Assembly: GCA_951406725.2 (NCBI GenBank)
Contig: OX597831.1
Span: 11,284,001 to 11,348,000, forward strand
Reading direction: 5' to 3'
From: Octopus vulgaris
Lineage: Eukaryota
DNA: 64,000 nt
In this document: positions 43,834 through 57,640 of the stretch, piece by piece
Position numbering within the stretch: position 1 is the stretch's first letter
Layout of the letters: every line of letters begins with the position of its first letter
Program-made: the position numbers and the translations under genes
Notes under the pieces: generated by a model
What the model saw: the letters and a program-made list of their open reading frames with translations, nothing else
Told to the model about the DNA's origin: nothing
Databases searched by the model: none

Positions 43834-46800
43834 AGATAAATGACAAGGGGGCGATAAATGACATTCGTTTCTTTAATTTTGCTTCGAGATAAGAGCTTTG
43901 GGACAAATTGGCCAACAGTTGGAATTCAACTGGAACAATAGGATGATTGCATTAACCATCATTAACCTCTCATCAGACACCACCAGGACATATAATCATT
44001 ATAGACAAATTATAGTCATGCTAATTAGCTTTTCTTAATTTTAGGTCGCAGACCCAGTTAGCCCTCCTCACGAGTCAACCTAAAAGTCCGCACGGAATGC
44101 GGCTTTTAAACTAGTATATATTATTATAAGAGTATGAGATAGAAAGTGAGATATAGATAGACAAATATGAATTTATGTGCCTTAATGACAAAAGCTATCC
44201 CTATTACTCCATATACTAACGTTGTCATCTCCTTCGAAGTCATACATTAACCCTGCTATATATCGATCATGTTGCAATATCTTTTTTCAAAATCGCTCTC
44301 TGCATTGTACAATGCTGTTTTTTGGCTTTTTATCACGTAGTTGCGCTACCTTTTCCTTTGTCCTACCGATATTGCCATGTCGGCTCGCATGATTTCCTGT
44401 CATACAAGTCGCTGACTGATTGACATTTGTCTATCGGTATTCTCTCTCTCACTCTAGATCTCACTCATTCTCTCTCTCCCTCTCCCTCTCTCTCTCTCTC
44501 TACCTCTATATTTATTTATCTATCTATCTTTCTCTCCATTTTTACACAGCTTTTCTCTTTCTCTGCTCATCTAATCATGTCTCTCTATCTGCCGATCCCA
44601 ACTCCCTCATTCTAACCCACTCTGTCAGTCACACCTCTATCTATTTATGTATCTAATATACTAATGAATGAAGTACTGAGATGTTTTCTCTCTCATTCTC
44701 TCAACTCAGGCACTACTTTCATTTTCAGTGTCATGGCCAAAAGAAAATAATGAAAACAAACCCCTCGAATTCTTGCTTTCCATCACATAAATATAAATAG
44801 ATATATACATATATATACATACAAACATACATAGGTGAAACATATATATATATATATATGTGTGTATGTGTGTGTGTGTGTGTGTGTGGTGTGATCACGT
44901 GACAGACCAGACAATCAGATGTTGTCACACATCGCTGGTCACAATGCGTGTTTTTGCATTGTTTTAGTTTTCAACAGACGTCACCCCGCTGACAAGGCGA
45001 GCAGGCCAGTATTACTCCCTGGTTGAAAGGGATGGGGAGGGGCTGCAGCAGCGAGAAATAAAGAATTTTGCTCAAGAACGCAACGTGTTTTCTCTCCAGA
45101 TACAGTGATGGAATCTATAGCCCACCTCTTTGCCGCACCGCTACACCCAAACTGTATGCACGTTTGGATATAGTTAGATTAATTATATATAGACATATAT
45201 ATATGTATGTGTATATGTATATATGGCAGTTGTCTACTCCTTATGCAGAGTTTGACCACCTCCTGTATCTACACCTTAGAACCATCATGGCAGCTGATGT
45301 GGCATTTTAAACTAGACAATGTTCTGAACAGACAAATACACCCACGTAAATTGCACCTCCGATTTGGATCACTAAAACCTGCAGAAAAGTTCTGCTCTTT
45401 GTGGATCTTAAAATGAGAGAGAGGGGGAGAGATGTATATATATATGTGTGTGTGTGTGTGCATGTGTGTGTGTATGTGTGTTGTGTGTGTGTGTGTGTGT
45501 GTAGGTAGATAGATAGATAGGTACATACATATATACGTAAACATGCATATGTATATATATACACACACATACAAACTTACATATATACATACACACACAC
45601 ATACATACATACACACATACATACATGTATATACACATACATACATACATACATACATACATACATGCATACATTATTCGTAGATGTTTCAAGAAAGCAG
45701 GATCTAGCAGCATCGACAAAGTTGTGAATCGAACACCAATCAGATGAAACCGAATAAAGAGAGGCGTTTAGTAAGACGCTTTACCGCCTCGACTACGTCG
45801 AATAGCCATTGAGATTGTATTTAGGAGAACAAAACGAGAAAACACACACACACAAACAATAAAAGTCTTAATGCTGGATGCTTTGGTGCTGTTGATGTTG
45901 TTGTTGTTGTTGTAGTTGCGTTTATTGTAAATCTTCTTGCTTAGAGATTGGGAAAGGAAATTTCCCATGAGGCCTCATTCCGATTGATTGTTACATCAAT
46001 ATGTAATGAAACACAAACAATTTGTGCACACTGCTACGTACGATCAGACATGCGCACGCACACACACACAATCAAGCACAAGTACGTATACATGTATATA
46101 GATATGTGTGTGTGTGTGTGCGCGTGTATCTGTATATGTAGAGAGAAAGAGAACTTCAAATACACATACGTCAATATATATACATATACATATACACACA
46201 CACATATATATATATATATATACATACATACATTATATATATATATAAATATTTGTATATATGTACATATATATATATATGCATATATACACATGCACAC
46301 ACACATACAAAGTATGTGAAGATATACATATAGATATATCTGTATATGTATACAAATGTCTTTATATATATGTGAGTATATGCATAGCATATATATATAT
46401 ATATATATACATATGCATATATATATACATATATACATATGCATATACCTATGTACCTATATATACATACACACACCACACACCACACACACACCCATAG
46501 ACTCACGTTACATAAAATACACGAAACTATACGTAAACACAAATTGAGAAATATAGTCTGAAAGACCTGTAGCTAGTCATTAACAGTTCATTACTTTTTC
46601 TCTCCCTAATATATATATTCTTCCTCTCCCTCTCACTAGCTTTTTCTTTCTCACTCCCTCTCCCTTTCTTTCCCTCTACCTCTCCATATGTTTTCGTCTC
46701 CCTTTTCCTTTTCCTACCTCTTTATCTCTCTCTCTCTCTATCTCTCTCTTTTCCTCGCCTTCTCTCTAGCTTTTTTTCGTACCACTTGCTCTTTCTCCCT

Positions 46801-47303
46801 TTCACCCTCTCCCCTTCCGTCTCTCTTTTCTTCTCCCAATCTCTTTCTTTCTCTTTCTATCGCCCCCTGTTTCTTTATCTCTTTCTTTCTCTTTCCCCCT
46901 ATTCTTTTTCCTTCTACTCCGCTCCTCTCCTCCTCCGTTACATCTCTTCTCCGTTGCTCTTCGTCACTCTGTCTTATTCATAAGCATGCACACATTATGC
47001 ACACATTCATACACACAGAGATACATGCGTGCAGAACTACACAGACATACATACACACTTCCATTCACACAATCGTACATGTATGCATACATTCACACAC
47101 GTATCAACATAGCGTCGAAGTCAGTCGTGTCATCATAGGGGACTCGTTATAGTTAACTGTAATGAAAGCTTTCTCCAAAATACTAACAGTAACTAGAATC
47201 ACTTTGACAGAAATAGAAAACCTGGTTAAAAGTGACGTTGCGCTGTTTAAAAAGAAGTTCGTAAAAAATTATCAAACAGAAAATTGAATCGATAAGTATC
47301 ATC

Positions 47304-47392
<89 letters not shown>

Positions 47393-47427
47393 CATCATTA
47401 TTATTATTATAATTATTATTATTATTA

Positions 47428-47506
<79 letters not shown>

Positions 47507-48023
47507 CATCATCATTATTATTATTATTATTATTATCGCTGTTGTTGTTGTTGCTTTTGCACAGCTTCTAACGCTGCAGATGTACTACATTGTCAGCTGT
47601 TCACTAACAGTGAACTAAGGTAACACCTCTTATTTTTCGAACCTTTGAATTGCCCTAATTTTGCTAAAAAAAAAAAAAAGGAAAAAGAAAAATTTTGATT
47701 TTATTCTTTTTAGTTGTCAACTGGTTCTATTAGCTGTCGAAAATGAAGGTGGTGAGCTGGCTGGATCGTGAATTCAAATTCCGTCGAGGTCGACTTTGCC
47801 TGTCGTCATTTGCTGCTTGATATAAAAAGTACCAGTTAGTCACTAGGATCAAGGTAAACCCCCAGCTCCCTCTCCACGAATTTACGGGCCTTGTGTTGAA
47901 ACAGATGGGAGTAACAGATATTGATGGAAATGACAACACAACTAAATTAGACTGCCTGTGAAAAAGACCTTAAAACATAAGAAAAAATAATGAGGCAGTG
48001 AGATACTATCATAGAAGAAAGAA

Positions 48024-48340
48024 TGGCACTCTATCGGGTATGGCAATGAGAGTTTCAGTTGATCCGATCAATGGAACAGCCTGCTCGTGAAATTAAAGCC
48101 CAAGTGGCCGAGTACCTCACAGACACGCGTACTCTTAACGTAGTTCTCAATGAGATTCGGCGTGACATAGAAAGTGACCAGGCTGGCCCTTTGAAATACA
48201 GGTAATACTCATTTTTGCCAGCCGAGTGGACTGGAGCAAAGTGAAATTAAGTGCCTAGCTTAAGGTCACAACACGCTGTCAGGAATCGAACTCACGATCT
48301 TACGAACTTGACCCGAACTCCCTGACCGCTAAGCCACGCG
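48024..48340 (-). mobile_element. SINE family A copy
   Basis: Its reverse complement is colinear with 29904-30226. Confidence 0.8.
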
Positions 48341-49470
48341 GCAAAATGATTAATGAGTTTAGGAACCAGCAAATATCTTATTAAAGAGTGTCCGAGATCC
48401 AGAAGAACTGCCGACCAAAGAGTCACATCGCAACCAACTATTCTTAAACACGAATTACGAGTCATATGCGAAAAATAATTGTTATTGTAGGAAATCCCCA
48501 GAATGTAATAATATCAAGCGTCGGGTTGCCTTGAAGCCACAGACTGTATTTTTCACAGCATGGAATGGTATACGACCAGGGTTGTAAATGTTTCTTCGTG
48601 CGAAAAACATTGAATTGTTCTCGCGAAGAATCTGAAATGTAAACAAGCAGCAGAACTTCGACAGGAAAGGCAAACACATTATTGATATCCATATTCATTG
48701 TCTAACCAATAATGTGCGTTTATATATGTATGTGTGCATGTGGTGCACGTGTGTATGTGTGTGTGTGGTGCACGTGTGTGTGTGTAAGTGTGTGGTGGTG
48801 GTGGTGATGGTGGTGGGGAAGCTGTATTTGCCGTGAAAGGTTATGAGGAACAAAAACTAATGTAGAATGTGCAGTATTTGAACCCTGGTCGTAGATAAAC
48901 GATCTATTCTTTTCGATGAACTGGACAGATTTGCATAAAAGCATGAAAACGGTGATGGTTGGATGGTTTCCAAGAAACAATGAAACCAACTCATTCACTT
49001 TCTCCAAAGCGAATAGAGTAGTGTTAAAGGGAACATTGGCGAAGCATTCCTGAGATTCTCTCCTTTTAAGTTCACTGGAATCTGCATTTACTCACCATTC
49101 TATGGTGTGTATATGGCACACATACATACCCCAATGACACAGTGCCGTGCGCTGAAGAAACGAGTACACTCATTACGTGATTGTGAGTATGTCTGTCTAT
49201 TCAGACGATTTCAAACATGCAGATAACGTAGCTTACACATTCACAAATTCCGGTAATGGTCACGATTCAAAGAAATAAAAGTAAAAATCAAACAAAGCTT
49301 GTGTCTTTGTGACTGGTTTGGATTCTGGGAAGGATATCATAGAAGAAAACATCCATCCATCCATCCATCCATCCATCCATCCATCCATCCATCCATCCAT
49401 ACATACATACATACATACATACATACATACATACATACATACATAAATACATACATACGTACATACATAC

Positions 49471-49995
49471 ATTGAGAAATTAGGCGTCTCAAAATCAGAA
49501 AGGGAGAAGCTAATCCTAAGACTACAGATCCAATCCATCACTGGAACTGTAAAAATCTGTAAAACTTCCCAGAAGTTTATCATTTAAATATATATGAGCA
49601 TGTCTAGATATGTAACTCTATGCATGAGAATACATGCATGAAACATACATACATACATACATATATACATACATACATACATGCATACATACACGCATGC
49701 ATACATACATACATACATACATTCATACACCCATACATACATACATACATACATACATGCATGCATGCATGCATACATACATACATACATACATACATGC
49801 ATACATACATACATACATACATACATACATACATACATACATACATACATACATACATGCATACATACATACATGCATACATGCATAGCCTGTTGTTGAT
49901 GTTGAAATTCCAATGAAGGTGCCTTGAATCTATGTTAGAAAATGGCTCTTTCACTATTGGCAAGAAATCTTGAAATAAAACCGAACAATGACATA
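49471..49995 (+). mobile_element. RLE-type LINE 3' end embedded in (CATA)n
   Basis: [38 protein letters not shown] overlaps the end of the 36656-36752 fragment (LEKSGFSK). It is flanked by, and contains, (CATA)n. Confidence 0.55.
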
Positions 49996-50009
49996 CCTAC
50001 ATACATAGT

Positions 50010-50190
50010 GAAAATTTACTAAAAAAGCAATAAAAGACGATGACGGGTATGTAAACAACAAACAGATGTATTAGTTTAACGCTCGGGAAGTAAGAAAGTA
50101 TTTTACGTTTCGAGCCTACGCTCTTCAGCAGAAAGGAACACAGAAATAAACAGAGAGAAAAGAAAAAGAGATAAAATATAATAAAATATA
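50010..50190 (-). mobile_element. Penelope-like terminal fragment with minimal hammerhead-like motif
   Basis: The minus strand reads TTT CTGCTGA A GAGC gtag GCTC GAAA CGTA AAA at 50134-50101. Same family as 57470-57640. Confidence 0.6.
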
Positions 50191-50824
50191 CATACATACG
50201 TACATACATACATACATACATACATACATACATACATACATACATACATACATACATCCATGCATGCATACATACCTACATACATACCTACATACATACA
50301 TACATACATACATATACATACATACATACATACATACATACATACATACATACATACATACAGACAGACAAACAAACAAACAAACATGGTGGCTGTCGAC
50401 TTGTAGACGAGTACGACCATCACTGACAAATTATCTAATCCTGATGTTAAGGGCAATGACTGTCAGCATTGCTAGCAAGGAAATCTAATGCCAAAAACAT
50501 CTTGCACGATATTGCTAAGACTCTCTCCTACAAACTCAACTGATTCAGGAAGGAGATCCCTAGTTTTACAACAAGGCGAACGTTCCTTCGGATTTTTCGT
50601 TCACCTAGAAATGCATACATAAATATATGCGTACATATAAACATACACATATACATTCATACATATATAAACATAATGAGTAATGTATCGGCTGGCAGGC
50701 ACATTTCACAATAAACTCCATCCAACAAAAAGCGTCTGTGACACACTAATACTCTATATATATATACACTCTTTCGTTCCTTTATGTGTGTGTGTTTTAT
50801 CTCTGAGTGGAGGGGGGTCTGTCA

Positions 50825-50867
<43 letters not shown>

Positions 50868-51049
50868 CTCCCAGACGCATACACATAGATACATACACTC
50901 ACACGAGAAATACGCCGACGAAGGAGACTCTGTGAAAGAGAGCACTATAAATATACATATATGTATGTATATATATATATATATGTGTGCATTGGTGTAT
51001 ATATATATATATATATATGAATATATATATATATATATATGCATATATG

Positions 51050-51088
<39 letters not shown>

Positions 51089-51229
51089 CAATGCACACAC
51101 GTATATATATATATATATGCATATATGTATATATATATATTCATATATATATATATATATATATACACCAATGCACACAGACGGGCTAATATATAAAAAA
51201 ATACAAAGAATGTGAGAAAGACAGCAATG

Positions 51230-52260
51230 TCATAGAGAGGGGGAGCGAGAGAGTGAGAGGGGTAGTAAAAGTAATATGAATGAATGAGAAAGAAAGAGAA
51301 GTGGGGAAGATGTCAGCAGAGGGTTGTGTTACGGAAGAAAGCAGGAGCAACTGTATTGAGAGAGTAAGAGAGAGAGAGAGAGCGAGGGAAAGGGAAAGGG
51401 GGAGAGCAAGCCGTAGCGATATAAAGCGTATAAGATGAAAGGGAGGTGAGTGAGGGTTATAAGGATAAAGTGTGAGTGTAAGGAGAGTATCATGGAGATA
51501 TGGAGAATGGCGTTGGATGGGAGAGTGCAGTAAAGGGAGAGAATTAGAGAGATGGAGACAGTGCTTTTTGTGAGGGAGAAGAAAGAGGGAAAGAAAGAGG
51601 AGGAGAGCAAGGGTTTGTGTGTCATTCTGTTAGAGAGAGCGGGATGTTGTAAAGGGGAGTCGGTGGGAGAGAATTGTCAAGATAGAGAGAATGAAATGGG
51701 GAGAGAAGTTGAGGGAGAGAGAGAGACAAATAGAGAGTCGGATGGTGAGGGAAAGGCAGAATGAGAGAGGGAGAGAATGGATGAGAGAGTGTGTTACTGA
51801 GACAGAAGTAAAGTGGAAGGAGAAAGGGGAGACGGGAGAGGAAGGAGATGAGAAAATGAGAGAGTAGGGGAGAGGAAGGAAGAAGGAAGAGAGGAAGGAG
51901 GAAAAGAGAGAGATGTGAGAGGGTCAGAGGGAGGGAAAGAAAGATAGTGAGAGATAGAGTGAGAGGAAAAGAAAAAATGGGAAAGAGTCAGAGAGAGGTG
52001 GAAAGAGAGAAGGTAAAATTCAGAGAGAGAGAGAGAAAGGAAAAGCTGGTGAGGAGGGAATGAAGGGTGGCTGGAGAGAAAGAGGGAGAGGTGAAGGAAG
52101 TCAGAAAAGGAGAAGAAAAAGAGGGAAACTTACAAGATGGTGGGAAGAACGAGGAGAGAAGGGAGAGAGAGAGAGAGAAGAGGAGAGACGGGAGAGGTAA
52201 GGGAGGGATGTGGGGAGTAGGAGGTGGAGGTGGGGCGGGGGGAGAGGCGGGGGTGGGGAG
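51230..52260. repeat. ~1 kb purine-rich (GA) low-complexity tract ending in a G-quadruplex motif
   Basis: Strong G+A bias on the plus strand, with GGGG c GGGGGG agaggc GGGGG t GGGG at 52232-52258. Confidence 0.8.
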
Positions 52261-52668
52261 TCAGACGGAGATCTATCACCAAAATATAAATAAAATGAAC
52301 GATGTTAAATCGAATTAGAGCAAACATTGAAATGCGATCTTTGCCAGTCGTTGTGTTCCCTTCCTCTTGTGTGAGTCGCCATTGTGACTGACCCCTCTCA
52401 CTGGAGGAGGGACCCGTTCGGAATTATGTCCAGGCAATTTAACACACATGACTGCCGATTGAGAACACCCACAAGAAAAGTAGGATAACAATGGAGGAGA
52501 GAGAGAGAAAGGAGAGAAAGGAGAAAAGGAGAGAGAGCGTGGGAGAGTGGGGGAGGGGAAGGGAAAGGAGAAGGAGATAAAGAGAGAGAGAAAGAGAGGA
52601 CAAAGAGGTTAGTGTTAATTCTTTGTTGTTACTTCATTGATGATGTTGATGGTGATGATGACGATGAC

Positions 52669-52722
<54 letters not shown>

Positions 52723-53111
52723 AGTGGTGTTGGTGGTCGTCGTGCTGGTAGTGGTGGTGGTGATGCTGATGATGAAAATGGTGGTGTTGAGCAGGAGGAG
52801 AGGATGATCATGATCATGATCATGATGATATTGTGTGGGGGGGGGTGATGAGGGGAGTGTTGCTGTTGGGCGTGGGAGTTAATGGCGCTGATGAAAATGG
52901 TAATGCTGATGACGACGATGATAACGATGACAGTGATGGTGATGATTTTGCTACTGACGATGATGATGGTTGTGATGGTGGTGTTGACGATGATGATGAT
53001 GACGATGCCTCTGTTGATTGTTAAGAACCGTTTTCTTTGTTGGAAATACTGATCTGAATGAATGTGTTTATGTGTGGACAAGTTATTAGGGTTCTGCTTC
53101 AAAATATAGGA

Positions 53112-53156
<45 letters not shown>

Positions 53157-53164
53157 CATTATTA

Positions 53165-53210
<46 letters not shown>

Positions 53211-53231
53211 GAATATTATTATTATTGTTAA

Positions 53232-53298
<67 letters not shown>

Positions 53299-53661
53299 GT
53301 TGTTGTTGTTGTTGTTGCTGTTGTTGTTGCTGTTGTTATTATTATCATTATTATTACTATTATTATTATTATTATTACTATTATTATTATTGTTGTTGTT
53401 GTTGTTGTCGTTGTTGTTGTTATTGTTATTGTTGTTGTTGTTGGTGGTGGTGGTGCTGGTGGTGCTGCTGCTGCTGCGACTGTTGTTATTGTTGTTGCTG
53501 CTGCTGCTGTTGTTGTTGTTATTGTCGTTGGTGTTGTGTGGTTCATTGATTGAATTTTCAAATCAGCCAAAGAATTATTTGCGTCAGGTAAAATAACCCA
53601 GAAACGCAGGATTTATGTATGTTAGGGTCTGTGCTTGTATGTATACACCCATAACTTTATG

Positions 53662-53694
<33 letters not shown>

Positions 53695-53704
53695 AATATA
53701 TTCT

Positions 53705-54103
53705 TTTACTCTTTTATTTGTTTCAGTTGTTTCACTGCGGCCATGCTGGAGCACCGCCTTTAGCCGAACAAATCGTTCCCCAGGACTTATTCTTTGTAAG
53801 CGTAGTAATTAGTGTATCGGTCTCTTTTTCTGAGCCGCTAAATTACGGGGGCGTAACCACACCAGCATCAGTTGCCAAGCGATATTGGGGAGGGGGAGAA
53901 CAAACACAGATGCACAAACGCACACACACACACACACACACGACGAGCTTCTTTCATTTTCCATCTACCATATCCACTCGCAAGACTTTGGTCGGCCCGA
54001 GACTATAGTAGAAGGCCCTTACCCAAAGTACCATACAGTGGGACTGAACCCGAGATCATGCGGTTGGTAGCAAGCTACTTACCACACAGCTCCTCCTGCA
54101 CCT
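53705..54103 (-). mobile_element. SINE family C copy
   Basis: Colinear with 31731-32103. Confidence 0.85.
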
Positions 54104-54144
54104 ATATATATATGTATATATATATACACACACATATATATACG

Positions 54145-54176
<32 letters not shown>

Positions 54177-54253
54177 TGTATGTATGTATGTATGTATGTA
54201 TGTATGTATGTATGTATGTATGTATGAATGTATGTATGTATGTACGCATATAT

Positions 54254-54289
<36 letters not shown>

Positions 54290-54477
54290 AAATGTATGTG
54301 TGCAATACTTTACCACAAACGAAAACCATTATTGTCCCTAGATATGACTACGGGTGACAGAAACAACTACATTGCTAGAAATAAGAGCTAAAATGAGCTA
54401 ATGTTGTATCACAGCACATAATTGAATACATATATACTGACAGACACCATAATTGTCCGAAAACACCAATCGAAAAT

Positions 54478-54530
54478 TCCCTATACTGATCAGTCAGTTT
54501 CGGCAGTCTCCAATACCTCATCAGTAAGGA
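54478..54530 (-). ncRNA. Type I hammerhead ribozyme, intact core
   Basis: The minus strand reads TCCTTA CTGATGA GGTA ttggagac TGCC GAAA CTGA ctga TCAG TA TAGGGA. Stem I is 6 bp, stem II is 4 bp closed by G10.1-C11.1, and stem III is 5 bp with a tetraloop. The cleavage triplet is GUA (cut after 54484). Confidence 0.8.
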
Positions 54531-55007
54531 CTGCTCCACATCGATTCATTCTGGACTGAATTCTCTGTCAGTATACAGACATATTCAACTTTCAATTCTA
54601 TGGATGATTTAGCGAATCGGTAATGTGTATACAGGAAATCAATACAAACAGCTGTGTAATGTTTTACCAAAAAAATAAAATAATAAAATAAAGAATATTA
54701 TAATTGTCACAAAATATGACAACTATCTTTTAGTCCAAAGTTTCAAATGGTCACCTTGTAGTTCGAACATTGAACATAAGAAAATATTGGCTGTCATGTG
54801 ATGGTCTATCGCACTGAAACCTATGTATTTCGTGCGTGAGTACAGTTAAGAAATTCTGTTTACTTCCGTTTTGTGCTTTTGTGTCGCTTAGTAGAACTAT
54901 AACGTTCATTTAGTAAGGTTCGCGATTTGTGGTCAAAGAGAGACTGCGCAAAGATTAAATAAAGATTAGTGAAAGATATGCACACATACACAGAAGCATA
55001 TATTCAT

Positions 55008-55040
<33 letters not shown>

Positions 55041-55178
55041 TATAGATATCAGTAGTGTGGTCAGTCTTTATAGTGAAGTCTCATAAGGTCCAATAATTCA
55101 CCTTCGCTGTCACAGCAGCAGCAGAAGCAGCAACAACAACAACAACAACAACCACAGCAACACCAATAGATAGTTAGT

Positions 55179-55252
<74 letters not shown>

Positions 55253-55684
55253 TAGACGTAGACATAGATAGATATACACATATATGCATAAACATATATC
55301 TACATATATATAATATCGATCTCTCCCTTTGGTACGAAGTAAATGGTGTTTTTCCTGAAACGCATAATCGATTGGTTATAATAACATCGTGATATAATAT
55401 GTTGCCTCTACTTAATTCTTGCGACCCCAGGGAGAATAAAAGGTAATCTCGATTTTGGCATTATTTGAAAAGGAAACCTAAAGGGACAATAATAAATAAC
55501 GGTAAAGCTTTTGGTTAACCAATTCTGCCGTTTCTCTCAAATCACCGGCTTACTTCATATTCCTTGTTCTCTGCGCCACCACAATTTGTCATCCTAAGTA
55601 CAAAAGGAATTGGCATTTAAATAATACGGGTTGCATGTGTGTGTGCCTGTGTGTGTGTGTGTGTGTACATATATTTTATATCTA

Positions 55685-55725
<41 letters not shown>

Positions 55726-55742
55726 ATATATATACATATATG

Positions 55743-55816
<74 letters not shown>

Positions 55817-55934
55817 GTATGTATATATATAGATGTGTATATATACATATATAAATATATATATTATGTATGTGTGGGTGTGTGTATGTATATATGTATA
55901 TATATATATATATATGTACATATATATATATGTA

Positions 55935-55965
<31 letters not shown>

Positions 55966-56071
55966 GTACTTATATGTATATATATGTATGTATATGTATA
56001 TATAGCTATATATATATATATATACATATGTATTATGTATGTGTGTGTGTACGTTTGCATGTGTGGGGGGG

Positions 56072-56103
<32 letters not shown>

Positions 56104-56432
56104 TTGAACAATGCAACGTAAGACTATGTCATAGATGTGTATGTGTGTGCACATGTGTGTGCCCACGTGTGTGTGTGTGTGTGTGTGTGTGTGAGTATGT
56201 GTGTGCGTGTGTGTAGGCGTTAGAAATATGGCTGCTACTATATTACTGAAAGGTTGTCCAATACACTGAGTGAAAGGTATCGCTTGGCCCTGATGACATC
56301 AACGGAACAATTCTGTAGGGTATTTATATGTCAATGCTAGCAAGGGACGGAGAATGACTGCATCTGTTTTCACACTCACGCACGCACATATATAGATATA
56401 GAGATACGGACAGACGTAGAGAGAGAGAGGGG

Positions 56433-56479
<47 letters not shown>

Positions 56480-56702
56480 GGGAAGAGGGAGAAAGAAAGA
56501 GAGAGAAAGGAAGAGAGAGAGAATCAAACAGACAGACAGAATATTTTCAATCCACAGTGTTTTTTTTACCCAATACTATCATTTATAGCTTATATGCTTC
56601 AAGTTCAAACGTTCCAAACGAGAATTATTCCATACTTTCTTAAAGCGTATAAATTCCTACAACGTCATTAATACACATATGAGTGCTTGTGTGTGCGCGC
56701 GC

Positions 56703-56741
<39 letters not shown>

Positions 56742-56903
56742 TGTGTGTGTGCATGTGTATGTGTGTGTGAGTGCGACACCACAAGCGTCACCGCCGCCAA
56801 CACCGCAAGCTCCACCACTACCTACAACATCACTTTCACCACCTCCAACGCCAACACAAGCACCACCACTTCCCCAAAACTACTACTACTACTACTACTA
56901 ATA

Positions 56904-56935
<32 letters not shown>

Positions 56936-57256
56936 TAAAAGAATCAGCAAAGAAAATAATAATAAAAAAACAACTGAAGAGAAGAGCGGTAGACGTACAC
57001 TAACGCCCTCTATGCATGAAATTTAAAGATTGTCAAACGGTAAAATTTTAGAAATGCGACAGAAAAATAATTAAAATGTTAAAACTAAATAAATAATGAA
57101 GTTATGTCATTTGCTTAATTACAATTAGGCTTGGATATAAGTGGTGGGGTGGGGATCGGGTCGTTTATTGATCAAATGAGTCAACAGTTATGCGAAGTAG
57201 ACGCGGCTGTATATACAAATATACATATACATATATATATATATATATATACATAA

Positions 57257-57331
<75 letters not shown>

Positions 57332-57377
57332 CATAATAATAATGATAATAAAAAATAATGTATACATATGTAAATAA

Positions 57378-57426
<49 letters not shown>

Positions 57427-57469
57427 AATGTGTAAATATATATATACATCGCCATGATAGATCTTTAGC

Positions 57470-57640
57470 CACCACACACATTTTTTCTCTCCTTGTTTTT
57501 TCTGTGTCCCTTTCTGTAGAAGAGCGTAAGTTCGAAACGTAAAAGACTTTTTCTATTCCTGAGCGTTATACTAATACATCTGTTTGTTTTGTACACCACC
57601 TGTCTTCGTCTTTTGGGGTTTTTTTTCGTAAACTCTCCCT
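57470..57640 (+). mobile_element. Penelope-like terminal fragment with minimal hammerhead-like motif
   Basis: CTTT CTGTAGA A GAGC gtaa GTTC GAAA CGTA AAAG at 57510-57545. The flanks are homologous to the copies at ~17700 and ~50100, and the fragment lies in TA-rich repeats. Confidence 0.6.

Noticed and set aside
52321-52430. Minus-strand peptide ...QWRLTQEEGNTTTGKDRIS resembling the Tlx KDR(F/L) motif
   Set aside because: There is no FPWM, an in-frame stop lies shortly upstream, and there is no phase-1 GT donor after the motif.
54435-54475. Possible opposite-polarity hammerhead in the same hairpin (CTGACAGAC...GTCCGAAA)
   Set aside because: The core is not CUGANGA and no stem III or stem I pairing can be drawn, so an ambisense ribozyme pair is not supported.
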